This document shows, one piece after another, positions 12,618-21,836 of a DNA stretch of 64,000 nucleotides (position 1 is its first letter; each line of letters starts with the position of its first letter). Under the pieces are notes generated by a model that was not told where the DNA came from, did not search any database, and was given only the letters and a program-made list of their open reading frames with translations. Source of the DNA: Candidatus Sumerlaeaceae bacterium (lineage in GTDB: Bacteria > Sumerlaeota > Sumerlaeia > Sumerlaeales > Sumerlaeaceae); contig JBPCLP010000035.1 in NCBI GenBank assembly GCA_051003195.1, forward strand, positions 52,171-116,170. Direction: 5' to 3'. A program made the translations under genes and the position numbers.

Positions 12618-12842
12618 ATGACAGAGCTTATGACGGTGAGCAACGTTGCCAGGGTGCTGGCGTTATCAACAAAGCGTGTATATCAGCTCATTGCATCGGG
12701 CAAGCTGGACAGCCTGCGAACCAGTCCGCGAACGATCCGTATTACACGTCACAGCCTGGAAAAATACATCGAAGAGCAGTTGGAAAGGGAACGCCGGGAA
12801 CTTGGGTTGGACATCCAGCCCAGCTCTCGCCGACGCACTTGA
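12618..12842 (+). CDS. Stand-alone excisionase/MerR-like helix-turn-helix protein (HTH_17)
   Basis: LMTVSNVARVLALSTKRVYQLIASGKL...IRI pattern; GGAG upstream of ATG 12618. Confidence 0.8.
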   Translation: MTELMTVSNVARVLALSTKRVYQLIASGKLDSLRTSPRTIRITRHSLEKYIEEQLERERRELGLDIQPSSRRRT

Positions 12843-12845
12843 GGC

Positions 12846-15017
12846 TCAGGGTAAAGGCGCAAGGTAGACTTCCAGGGGAGCATTTCCTTTAACGCTGGTT
12901 GCGCTCGTACGCAACGTTCGGAGAAATTCAATTACGGCCGCACGTGTGGATTTCCAGTTCGAGGAGCGATAAAATGGCGGGAACAAATCTTCGGGCGTAG
13001 GAGTGGCATCGAATGCTGCTGCAGCGTCTTCGTATGGGCCAATGCCCAGCTCACGCAATTGATCCCGGGTGGCGTACTGCCGGATGTAGCGGCGCAGTTC
13101 CTGGACGTTCACAAGCACATGCGTAATACCAGCCTGCTGCAATCTGAGGGAGATCTCAGCTGCATTAGCCGCGCCGTTCGCAATCCGCAGCAGCACGCTG
13201 TCGTCCCAGACGGTATTGTACACCACGTCTCTGGAAAACAGGTACGGTCGCGCTTCGTAGACGAGTAGAATTCGCGAGTTCCGCGGCAAGCCAGCGGCTT
13301 CTGGTAGAATCTCACCGAGAGCTCCCAGGTTCCGCCGGTAAAATTCAGCGCGAGGAGTCGTAGCGTAATCGCTCCTCGGCTCCGACAGCTCGAACTCCGC
13401 AAGATACCGGAACTCACCCGCGTTTGCGACGGTAATTGTCTGGTGCAGCAGATGCACTGCTGTGTAGGCCAGCAACAGCGCCGACAAAAATCCACGAAGG
13501 TAACGGTGCGGCAGATGATTCACCGCAACGATGGCCAGATAAATAAGCAGGGCAATGTCTACCAGCAGGAAGCGATTCTGGCTCTCGCGCACCAGGTTCC
13601 ATAAAAGGTAGCTCGCCAAAACAAACAGGAGGAGAGCGATGCCCTGGCGCCTCAGTGGAGCTGCGTCAGGGTGCGAAGGTTCGCGTTTCAGCAGCAGCGG
13701 CGCGATACAGGCCAGCGGCAATAACATCCATCCAAATTCGCGCAAACGCGGCACAAGCGAAGTCCAATAGCTCAAGGTCCAGAATGGTTGCGGGTAATGG
13801 GACGTAATATAGAATTTCTCGCGTGCAACGGCGGCGGCATCGTTCGGCCTGAATAACCAGCAAAAGAAAGGCTCAAGCGGATTGCCGTAAAGAAGCATGT
13901 TCTTACCCAGCCAGAAAATAGACGGCAGCGCGACTGCCAATCCGGCGACGACTGCCGTCGTCAGTTTATGATCGGACGCGATCCACTCGCGCCGGCGCAG
14001 CGCGGTGATTATCAGCAGAAATGGAAGGAGATAGATTTGCGCGACGGTGTACTTGGATGCCAGCGCCACGCCGAACAGAAGAAACGCCACCGGGAGTTCT
14101 GCAACAGGAAGCACGCACGCCCCGTGAACCGCGGCGAGAACCAGAAACGCGACTGGAGCATCAATGAACGCGTCCAGCGACACTTCTCGCATAACCGGGT
14201 GCGCCAGCAGCAGAAGCGCTCCCGCCAATGCCAGTGCTCGGGAGCTCACTGCACTGCGAAGCATGCGGGTCAGTAGCAGCGCGCAGGCCACGACGAAAGC
14301 AGCATTAATGATTTTCGGCGCGAAATCGAGAGGCTCCGATAGAACAAGGCCCAGCCAGTAGAGACTCTCGATGGCGAACGGGAAACGTGCATAGAAGTTG
14401 TGTGGCACGGGCCCAAATCGCATCGCATGCCCGCCGCCCTTCAGCCCGAAAAGATTATCGCGCCACGCACCCAGGTGGTATTCCGTCACGTCGAACAACA
14501 GGGGCGGCGCGAACGTTGTGACCAGCAAAAGGCACAGTGCCCAGACAAGCAGGATAAGAAATGCAATCCCAAATGGATTATGGTGGCTCACCTCGAAGCG
14601 GGTTTTAAGATCGCTTTCGCCTGCCCGAGCATGCATAAGTGCATAGATTCTTCCAATGCCGGCCGCCGCCGAGACAAACACCACAATCCATCCTAAATCG
14701 CGTGTGAGGGCGGAATTCGGCAGTATACCCAATCCAAGCACCACGCACGACAACAATCCGGCCCCGCAGCCAAATGCGAACAGCAACGCGAGCAGCCGGT
14801 CACGTTGCAACAACGCAGCGGGAATGCACAGCACCCCGATCCCCAGGCACGCAGCAATAACGGCTGCGCCGCTCGAGGACGCGATCCAGAAAGTCATCGC
14901 CCGCTCGAATGCAAATTGCAGCACGGCCGACGGTACCGAGAACGGCAGCGCCACAAGCACAGCCCCCACCACGAGGACCGCGATCCACGATTGTGTCGTG
15001 AGTTTCACGAATAGCAC
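12846..15017 (-). CDS. Large multi-pass membrane protein, GT-C glycosyltransferase-like
   Basis: Many TM helices; motifs DVTEYHL, ALASKYT, WLGKN..GNPLEPF, RFLL. Confidence 0.6.
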   Translation of the reverse strand: MLFVKLTTQSWIAVLVVGAVLVALPFSVPSAVLQFAFERAMTFWIASSSGAAVIAACLGIGVLCIPAALLQRDRLLALLFAFGCGAGLLSCVVLGLGILPNSALTRDLGWIVVFVSAAAGIGRIYALMHARAGESDLKTRFEVSHHNPFGIAFLILLVWALCLLLVTTFAPPLLFDVTEYHLGAWRDNLFGLKGGGHAMRFGPVPHNFYARFPFAIESLYWLGLVLSEPLDFAPKIINAAFVVACALLLTRMLRSAVSSRALALAGALLLLAHPVMREVSLDAFIDAPVAFLVLAAVHGACVLPVAELPVAFLLFGVALASKYTVAQIYLLPFLLIITALRRREWIASDHKLTTAVVAGLAVALPSIFWLGKNMLLYGNPLEPFFCWLFRPNDAAAVAREKFYITSHYPQPFWTLSYWTSLVPRLREFGWMLLPLACIAPLLLKREPSHPDAAPLRRQGIALLLFVLASYLLWNLVRESQNRFLLVDIALLIYLAIVAVNHLPHRYLRGFLSALLLAYTAVHLLHQTITVANAGEFRYLAEFELSEPRSDYATTPRAEFYRRNLGALGEILPEAAGLPRNSRILLVYEARPYLFSRDVVYNTVWDDSVLLRIANGAANAAEISLRLQQAGITHVLVNVQELRRYIRQYATRDQLRELGIGPYEDAAAAFDATPTPEDLFPPFYRSSNWKSTRAAVIEFLRTLRTSATSVKGNAPLEVYLAPLP

Positions 15018-15154
15018 GTTCCGCTATGGACGTCGAGTAAGCAAGTGGGGAAAACGTTTAGCGTTGAATGCTCGCAGCGCGACAAAGAGTTAGAAGGAAG
15101 TTTCCGCAATTCGAGAACACATAATCAACCGTCTGCCCACAAGAAAGCCCCTAT

Positions 15155-17458
15155 ATGAAACGCTTGCTCCGCGTTGAACTTTCTTTATTCGCGTGTGCCG
15201 GGATCGCCATGGCGTTCGCTCCACCCGCGGTTGCTGAGCCGGGCATTATTCCACCTGATGCTCAGACCAGCGGTATCATTCGTGTCTGGCCGGAATTGCT
15301 GGAGGCCGTACAGTCAAATACCGACCTCTGGGGCGAGCAGGCCATCACACAGCCCGACGGCCCAAGCTATGAATTCTTCAAAAGCAAAATGCCCACATTC
15401 CATTATGTCGACACGGACTTCCGCCACTACCCTATCGTTCTGAGCGGCCCGGGTTCTCCGCGCAAGGCGCGCCTTGTCAGCAACGGCAGCGGCGTCAACT
15501 CTCGCGCGAACGCAAAGTACTGGAAGGAAATCGGTTTTCCAGTCACTTTCCGGGTAGGCGACTCCGCCACCACGTATGGGGAGGACCTGCATCGCCTTGA
15601 TGGGCCGCGTTACCGCAATGGCTACCTACCCGTTGTGGAGATGGCTTACCTGGATGGCAGCGCTGAATACGCGCTCGAAGCGTTTACGCCGGTCGACAAG
15701 AAGATCGTCGATAATGCTCCCGTGCTGCTGCAATTCGGATTGCGTAAAGGCGAGAGCGCTCTTTTTGCGGCGGATATTGACGCGACAAGGCCGCTCACTG
15801 AAATTCGCGGTACACTGCGCGACAGCAAAGGCGCTCTTCTGGTCGCATTCGACAGCTCCTGGAAATGGGACGCCGAAGCCCAGCGCCTCAATGCCACCCT
15901 CAGCTCCAAAACATCTGCCACGCTCGCAATCTTTACTGAGCCGCTATCTGGAGCAATTCCATTTCAGATCGAACCCGCATCTTATGCGAAGTTACGCAGG
16001 CAATGTTGCGATTACTGGGACGGGCTACTCAACCGCGGCACACGCATCGAGACTCCCGAGGCTGTCGTAAACAATTCATGGCGCGCACACATCGTCGCCA
16101 ATTACATGTTACTCAATGGCAACCGCATGCACTACAGCGCCGGCAACCAGTACGAAAAACTTTACGAGGCCGAAGGCGGCGACGCGGTACGCGGCCTCAT
16201 GCTATTCGGGCACTTAGCCGACATGCCCCGCATGATTATCCCCCTTCTGGATTTTACCCGCCCCGGTCTAATCTACCACCAGGCTGGTCTCAAGCTGCAG
16301 CTGCTCACCCGTTACTACTGGCTCACCCGCGACGCGGCATTTGTCCATGCGCAGCGCCGGCGCTGGCAACCTGAGGTCGACAAAATACTCAACGATCGCC
16401 AGACGTCCACCGGGTTATTGCCGCGCGAGCAATACGCCGGGGATATTGCGACAAAGGTTTACTCGCTCAACTCCAACGCGAATAGCTGGCGCGGGCTCCG
16501 CGAAATGGCAACCGTGCTCGGCGCGATGGGGGATGACGTCGACGCCAGGCGCTACACGAATGACGCCGCAAAGTTCCGTGATGTTATTGTAGATGCCGCC
16601 ACAAGCAGCATTGACCGCAGCACCTCCGTTCCGTTCGTGCCGCTCGCACTTTTTGGCGAAATCCCGATCGATGGACGCCTCAGCGCGACACGCCTCGGCG
16701 GTTATTATGATCTCATGCTGCCCTACATTATAGGTTCGCGTATTTTTGGCCCGGGCTCTGACCCCGAGACCTGGATGATCGAAACACTCAAGCAGCGCGG
16801 TGGCCTCTGTATGGGAATGATCAGAGGCGCGGGACTCAACAAAATGTACGGTGGTGTCACAGGTGGCTTTAACAATCTCTACACGATCCGGCTCACCGTG
16901 GCGCAACTCGAACGCGACGAGGTCGATCGTGCGCTTGTCAGCTTCTACGGCAAGCTCGCGCAGGGTCAGACATGGGATACCTTTATCAGCGGCGAAGGGT
17001 CGGGCATGGCACCGTATGATGAGCATGGACGCCCCTTTTACGATCCGCCAAACTCCGCAGCAAATGCATACCTCCTGCACATGTTAAGGTATATGCTCGT
17101 TCAGGACTGGGACCTCGATGATGACTGTACGCCGGAGACCCTTCGACTCATGTTTGCAACACCGGGACGGTGGCTGGCCGCCGGCGGTAAAATTGGTGTC
17201 GAGCGAGCTCCCACCGCGTTCGGCGAGGTTTCAGTATCCGCTGAGTCGCACCTGGACAAAGGTGAAGTGATCATGAAGGTTTCAGCGCCGTCGCGAAATA
17301 TGCCCGCAACAACTCTGCTGCGTTGCCGGCTTCCGGCCGGGCATCAGGTCATCAGTGCCACCGCAAACGGAAAAGCGCTCTCCGTGGACGCGAAGGGGAG
17401 TGCCGATGTTAGTAAGTTGCGCGGTACGTACACAGTCAAGTTCACCTGCACAAGATAG
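15155..17458 (+). CDS. Secreted putative (alpha/alpha)6 glycoside hydrolase-like protein
   Basis: Signal peptide (AVA-E); helical core with YEAEG and GLLPREQYAGD; C-terminal APTAFGEVS beta domain typical of six-hairpin glycosidases. Confidence 0.55.
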   Translation: MKRLLRVELSLFACAGIAMAFAPPAVAEPGIIPPDAQTSGIIRVWPELLEAVQSNTDLWGEQAITQPDGPSYEFFKSKMPTFHYVDTDFRHYPIVLSGPGSPRKARLVSNGSGVNSRANAKYWKEIGFPVTFRVGDSATTYGEDLHRLDGPRYRNGYLPVVEMAYLDGSAEYALEAFTPVDKKIVDNAPVLLQFGLRKGESALFAADIDATRPLTEIRGTLRDSKGALLVAFDSSWKWDAEAQRLNATLSSKTSATLAIFTEPLSGAIPFQIEPASYAKLRRQCCDYWDGLLNRGTRIETPEAVVNNSWRAHIVANYMLLNGNRMHYSAGNQYEKLYEAEGGDAVRGLMLFGHLADMPRMIIPLLDFTRPGLIYHQAGLKLQLLTRYYWLTRDAAFVHAQRRRWQPEVDKILNDRQTSTGLLPREQYAGDIATKVYSLNSNANSWRGLREMATVLGAMGDDVDARRYTNDAAKFRDVIVDAATSSIDRSTSVPFVPLALFGEIPIDGRLSATRLGGYYDLMLPYIIGSRIFGPGSDPETWMIETLKQRGGLCMGMIRGAGLNKMYGGVTGGFNNLYTIRLTVAQLERDEVDRALVSFYGKLAQGQTWDTFISGEGSGMAPYDEHGRPFYDPPNSAANAYLLHMLRYMLVQDWDLDDDCTPETLRLMFATPGRWLAAGGKIGVERAPTAFGEVSVSAESHLDKGEVIMKVSAPSRNMPATTLLRCRLPAGHQVISATANGKALSVDAKGSADVSKLRGTYTVKFTCTR

Positions 17459-17489
17459 TAAATGGACTCGAGCGCCGGACTTTTGAGCG

Positions 17490-18623
17490 CTAGAACCGCA
17501 ACTCCTGCATCATTCCGGGCACCTCCAGAGACTCGGTGATCTTTTTCAAGCCATTGCCCGCGCTGTCATAAACCAAGATAGTGCCTCCACGGAACACTCC
17601 CAGCGCCGTTGCAATCTCCGCCGCCTGTTCTAATTCCAGCTTCACTGGGAAGTATTTCTCCCGTATCAGTTTCACCACCTCGGGATTTGTGAAGACCTCG
17701 CGATCGTATTTCATGCAAAGTTGGCTTTCGCCGGAGTGGAAATAGATAACGATGCGCTTTTGCTTGTCCGCCGCTGCACTGGCCTGTGCCTGCTGGAGGT
17801 TCGACATCCACGAAATGCCGGACGAGACGTCCACGCCTGGCGGCACCGCACCCGCCGAAAGACCTGCCGCAGGAGCAGAGTAGGCAGCACTGGGCGAGCC
17901 TGAGGCTCCTGCATTCGGAGCAGAACCCAAAACTCCGGCTGGCTGAGCTGCAACATTCGCGTTCAGCAGAGGAGCTGCACCGGCAGGTATCGAGGCTCCG
18001 AGACCACGCATTTCCACCCGGTCTCGCGGGAACAATTCGGCACCATCGGCGGGCGTCAGCGGCTTCAGCACAAATCGAACTGCATCGGCATAAACAGCTC
18101 CCGGTTTGCTCGGGTCATTCGGCGTGGTGTCACGAGCGTTCGCACTCACTGCAATATAGTCATCACCGCCAGCAGCAAAGTCCCATTCCCCAAGGTAAAT
18201 CCATCGGCTGCCATTAGCGGGGTTCCGATAGCCGACTCCGTTTTGGATCACTGACTTTGCACTTTGGTTGCCGGAGCAGCGTGTCACATACAGAACCTGT
18301 TTTGAATTTGCTGCCCTCGGCCACGTGACGTACACGCAATAGTGTCCCGCGTTTGTAAAACGTGGGTAAAAGCGCGCTTCGCCAGCCGTACCCGTGTTGA
18401 GCTTTCGTGCCATGCAAGTGCCGGCAGGCGTAAGTCCGGGCGCACCGCTTCGCTCTGTTGTTGCGTCCACGCTTGAGATCCATTGTCCCGAAATCTCAGC
18501 GTAATTGCTCGAGTTCTGTCCACCCTGGCATGCTTCAATAATGATATCCTGCGCGATGCCAAGGCCGCATAACGCTACAGCAGTGATACAAATGCCAATT
18601 TGTCGAATGAGAGATGTGTCCAT
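17490..18623 (-). CDS. Secreted golvesin/Xly-CBD-like domain + Ala/Pro linker + thioredoxin-like domain
   Basis: GHYCVYVTWP, WIYLGEWDF, VYADAVRF. C-terminal ISWMSNL..KRIVIYF.SxxC thioredoxin fold. Confidence 0.65.
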   Translation of the reverse strand: MDTSLIRQIGICITAVALCGLGIAQDIIIEACQGGQNSSNYAEISGQWISSVDATTERSGAPGLTPAGTCMARKLNTGTAGEARFYPRFTNAGHYCVYVTWPRAANSKQVLYVTRCSGNQSAKSVIQNGVGYRNPANGSRWIYLGEWDFAAGGDDYIAVSANARDTTPNDPSKPGAVYADAVRFVLKPLTPADGAELFPRDRVEMRGLGASIPAGAAPLLNANVAAQPAGVLGSAPNAGASGSPSAAYSAPAAGLSAGAVPPGVDVSSGISWMSNLQQAQASAAADKQKRIVIYFHSGESQLCMKYDREVFTNPEVVKLIREKYFPVKLELEQAAEIATALGVFRGGTILVYDSAGNGLKKITESLEVPGMMQELRF

Positions 18624-18733
18624 ACAATGACCTCGTGGGTTTGCCAACGCCCGTATTTCGGAAACTACGATCATCCATATTCAACACAATTGAAAGGAGC
18701 AGCATAATTACATCGTGAGTATCGACGTCTGCT

Positions 18734-19204
18734 TTAAGAGTCGAGCTTGCCAAGTTGCCGAAGTGCTTCCAGCAGCACGATGGATACTGCCGTTGCCAGG
18801 TTCAGGCTCCGCACATTCTCACTCGGCATTGGGATCGTGAGGCAGTGTTCCGCGTTCTCGTGCAGAATAGCTTCAGGCAGCCCGCGCGTCTCCGGCCCGA
18901 AAACCAGGCAATCGTTTGGCGCATAATGCCAGGTGTGGTAAGGCCGAATTGCCTTTGTGCTGAAGTAAATCAGCCGCAGTTCCGGATTTGCAGACTGAAA
19001 GTCCCCGAGATTACTGTGGCGGCGCAAATCCACAAACGGCCAGTAATCCAGGCCGGCCCGCTTGGCCGCCCGATCGGACATTTGGAAGGCAGGATAACCA
19101 ACAATGTGCAGCGGTACACACATGGCCGCGCACAGGCGCGCGATGTTCCCGGTATTCGGCGGAATCTCAGGTTCATAAAGTGCAATCGAGACCATCACGT
19201 TCAT
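18734..19204 (-). CDS. trmL: tRNA (cytidine/uridine-34 2'-O)-methyltransferase
   Basis: PEIPPNTGNIARLC, RAGLDYW, FGPETRGLP, RSLNL. Confidence 0.95.
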   Translation of the reverse strand: MNVMVSIALYEPEIPPNTGNIARLCAAMCVPLHIVGYPAFQMSDRAAKRAGLDYWPFVDLRRHSNLGDFQSANPELRLIYFSTKAIRPYHTWHYAPNDCLVFGPETRGLPEAILHENAEHCLTIPMPSENVRSLNLATAVSIVLLEALRQLGKLDS

Positions 19205-19300
19205 TTCTCAATAGGGTCGCCGCCACACGCAATTGCATAAATACGAAAAAGCCGCTGAATGCGCAGCCAATTGCATGTGCAAATAACCCGGGGAATTGCA

Positions 19301-19738
19301 ATGGGACGCAGATGTGACAAGCCGGCTACGCGCCTTGTACATGACGGTCGCGGATTCCGTACGCCACTGCAGGAGTGCGGGGCCAATAGCCTTGCGTTCC
19401 TGCAGCGTGAAATAGCTGCACTTCCGCGTCGACCGCAGTACCCGAAGCAGAAGCTCCGCCAATTGCATCAGCCACGCCCCGCCCCGACCTCTCATCCCGT
19501 CCGTAGCGGAATCGTCACCTCTTTGCACTGGCTGCTCGCCAGCCTTATCGTCGGCGTCATCGTATTTTCAGGACTGGCAACGCTGGGGAGATTACTCTCG
19601 CCTGAGCTGTCGCCTTTACCGACGGGTGTTGCTCCTTTTGGGCCAAAGCTTCTGCTCACTTTTGCGCTTTACGCCGGCACGGGTTGCTCCGCCGGTGCGG
19701 GCCTCATGTACTGGTTGCTGCGATCCAGCCAGAACTGA
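19301..19738 (+). CDS. Hypothetical membrane protein (two C-terminal TM helices, Cys-containing N-terminus)
   Basis: ORF fills the gap; two hydrophobic segments; start uncertain. Confidence 0.45.
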   Translation: MGRRCDKPATRLVHDGRGFRTPLQECGANSLAFLQREIAALPRRPQYPKQKLRQLHQPRPAPTSHPVRSGIVTSLHWLLASLIVGVIVFSGLATLGRLLSPELSPLPTGVAPFGPKLLLTFALYAGTGCSAGAGLMYWLLRSSQN

Positions 19739-19784
19739 GACACTGGAGAAACCAGCTGCCTCCTTTCTGTGTTTCCGCTTCCAA

Positions 19785-20375
19785 TTACATTCGGACTTTC
19801 CCCGGACTTTGCGATTGCTTCAGCTGAGGCGTAGGCTTCGGAAAAGGGTTGCCGATCGTGCGTCGCAGGTCGTCTGCCTGCTGAAGCAGAATCTCCATCT
19901 CATGCTCATAGGAATTCGTGCCGTTCACGGAGTGTTCTGCGAGAGACGACGTGCGGCTGGCCGTTTTTGCCGCATCCAATGCATTATCATTCAGCGTCTG
20001 CATTGCAAGTAATGCCGCCTGGCGCTTGTTCGGTTCATCTGTCGATTGTAGCTCAATCATTGCCTGGCGTGCATCCGACCGTATAGGATCCAATCCAGTC
20101 TTTGGCCACACACCGGCTGCCACTGCTTCGGCGGCCTCAACAGCCCGGCGAAGCCGGGGATCTTCGAGGTGGTGCCACCATCGGCGCGCACAATGGCAGG
20201 TAAATTCGCGCAGCCTTTCAGCATCGCACGGACTCAATATTTCAAATAGCCACAGCATCCAGTCGGCGCGTTCGCAATAGCGCCACAGGCCCTCAACAGT
20301 TGTGAAGCGCCGGGCGAATTTCTCAAAGCCCACCGGAACTTCATAACGGCTGAGAACCTCGGGAATCGTCAACAT
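19785..20375 (-). CDS. Hypothetical helical protein (RADWMLW...LRxFxCxCAR...RAVEAAE family)
   Basis: GAGGAGG RBS. The motif recalls a family common in Planctomycetes and phages (from memory, not searched). Confidence 0.7.
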   Translation of the reverse strand: MLTIPEVLSRYEVPVGFEKFARRFTTVEGLWRYCERADWMLWLFEILSPCDAERLREFTCHCARRWWHHLEDPRLRRAVEAAEAVAAGVWPKTGLDPIRSDARQAMIELQSTDEPNKRQAALLAMQTLNDNALDAAKTASRTSSLAEHSVNGTNSYEHEMEILLQQADDLRRTIGNPFPKPTPQLKQSQSPGKVRM

Positions 20376-20526
20376 TGTCGGGGTCCTCCTCGATTGTCAG
20401 CATGCTCACACGTTCTGTCTTCAATTATCACGCCAAATCTAACTTGTTATGGCTTCTGCACCTGTTAATTTGGACTGGAGTTCGATTTATGGTAAACCTG
20501 GGATGTGGACTAAAGGCACGAAAAAC

Positions 20527-21069
20527 ATGATTACCCCGCAGATAGTGATGGATAGTTTTAAGGCGGTGCGTGGCAACACGATTCAAATCGCGCGCGATAT
20601 CCCCGCAGACCAGTACAGCTTTCGCGCCACCCCGGAGACCCGCTCGGTCCTCGAGTATTTTCGCGATATCATACGCGTGACCGAATTCGTCGTTGGAGTC
20701 GCCTTAAGCAGCGAAACGGTCCGCTTTACAGAGCGCTCCCGGGACGAATGGGCCAGGATATTCGTCCAAACCGATGTGGCCGCGTTAAACACTCCAAACG
20801 AGGTCGCGGCAGCGCTGCAATCGTCCATTCAGGATCTTTACAAGAGAGTCACAGAGGCAGACGATGGCTTTCTGAACGAGACTTTTCTCGCGCCGGACAA
20901 CATTCACAAGGTGCGACTATGGATGATCAATACCGCAAAGGAACAGGAGATGGTACTACGCGGGCAACTCTTGCTGATTGAACGAATGCTGGGGATCGTG
21001 CCCCACACAACGCGGCGACAGCAGGAGGCGCAGCGCGCTAAGGAGCAGCGCTCAGCGAAAGAGTCGTGA
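20527..21069 (+). CDS. DinB/YfiT-like protein
   Basis: IPADQYSFRATPETRSV and RGQLLLIERMLGIVP match the DinB family. Confidence 0.75.
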   Translation: MITPQIVMDSFKAVRGNTIQIARDIPADQYSFRATPETRSVLEYFRDIIRVTEFVVGVALSSETVRFTERSRDEWARIFVQTDVAALNTPNEVAAALQSSIQDLYKRVTEADDGFLNETFLAPDNIHKVRLWMINTAKEQEMVLRGQLLLIERMLGIVPHTTRRQQEAQRAKEQRSAKES

Positions 21070-21120
21070 TTTCTGGCGCACGTCGCGCTTGAGCGCGAAT
21101 GCTCATACATGACAAACTGC

Positions 21121-21154
21121 AAAAAGAAAGGCCGGACATTAACGGGTCCGGCCT
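21121..21154 (-). terminator. Intrinsic terminator
   Basis: Stem aggccggac/gtccggcct followed by TTTCTTTTT on the minus strand. Confidence 0.75.
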
Positions 21155-21183
21155 GATGTGATGCCGCAGCTTCGACTAAAAAC

Positions 21184-21624
21184 CTATAAGGTTTTTTCCT
21201 CCACCGTGACGGACGTCGTACGTCCGCCCATGCGTCCTGAGCCCCACCGGGCCCGCATTTCAGCGGCCTTCGTTTCGAATTCCTTCTTCTGCTCGTCCGT
21301 CAGCACGCCCTCGATTTCCTTCTTCTGCTCTTCCTGCAGTTTCTGGTAATCGGCCGGCCCAGTGCTTCCCCCGCTTTTGCGCAGCTCCTGCATTTTCGTG
21401 CGGCCGTCGGCCTGCATTTTCTCCAGCTTGGCTTTTTGCTCATCCGTAATGCCCGGAAGCTTAAGAGCCACGCCGTACAGACCGCCTCCACGTCCTCCGC
21501 GACCTCCGCCGCTGGCCGACGCCGTTGTCGCTGCGTCCTGAGCCACGGCGCTCGCGCCCATCGAAACCACCAATGTCACCGCGACTGCAAGAGCCGCAAA
21601 CCTGCCGTTGTACCACATAACCAT
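21184..21624 (-). CDS. Secreted Spy/CpxP (LTXXQ)-like helical protein
   Basis: Signal peptide AVA-Q; ITDEQKAKL and LTDEQKKEF repeats; GGAGGA RBS. Confidence 0.7.
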   Translation of the reverse strand: MVMWYNGRFAALAVAVTLVVSMGASAVAQDAATTASASGGGRGGRGGGLYGVALKLPGITDEQKAKLEKMQADGRTKMQELRKSGGSTGPADYQKLQEEQKKEIEGVLTDEQKKEFETKAAEMRARWGSGRMGGRTTSVTVEEKTL

Positions 21625-21836
21625 TTCCTCCAGTTTAGCTGTTCGCGGGGTTAGTCCACGCCCCAATTGCGCGCGATTCGGAGCAGCTTTCCCGCCGCTA
21701 TTACAGTTGTCGTTTTGCCCGCTGGAGTGCGTGTAAAGGCAAAAGTGATTGAGCTAAATCCAAAGCTTACCGTAGCGTGACGTGCGTTACCATCGCCAGA
21801 AGCCCGAGATATTGCTGAGCAATGAGATGCGCTGTC

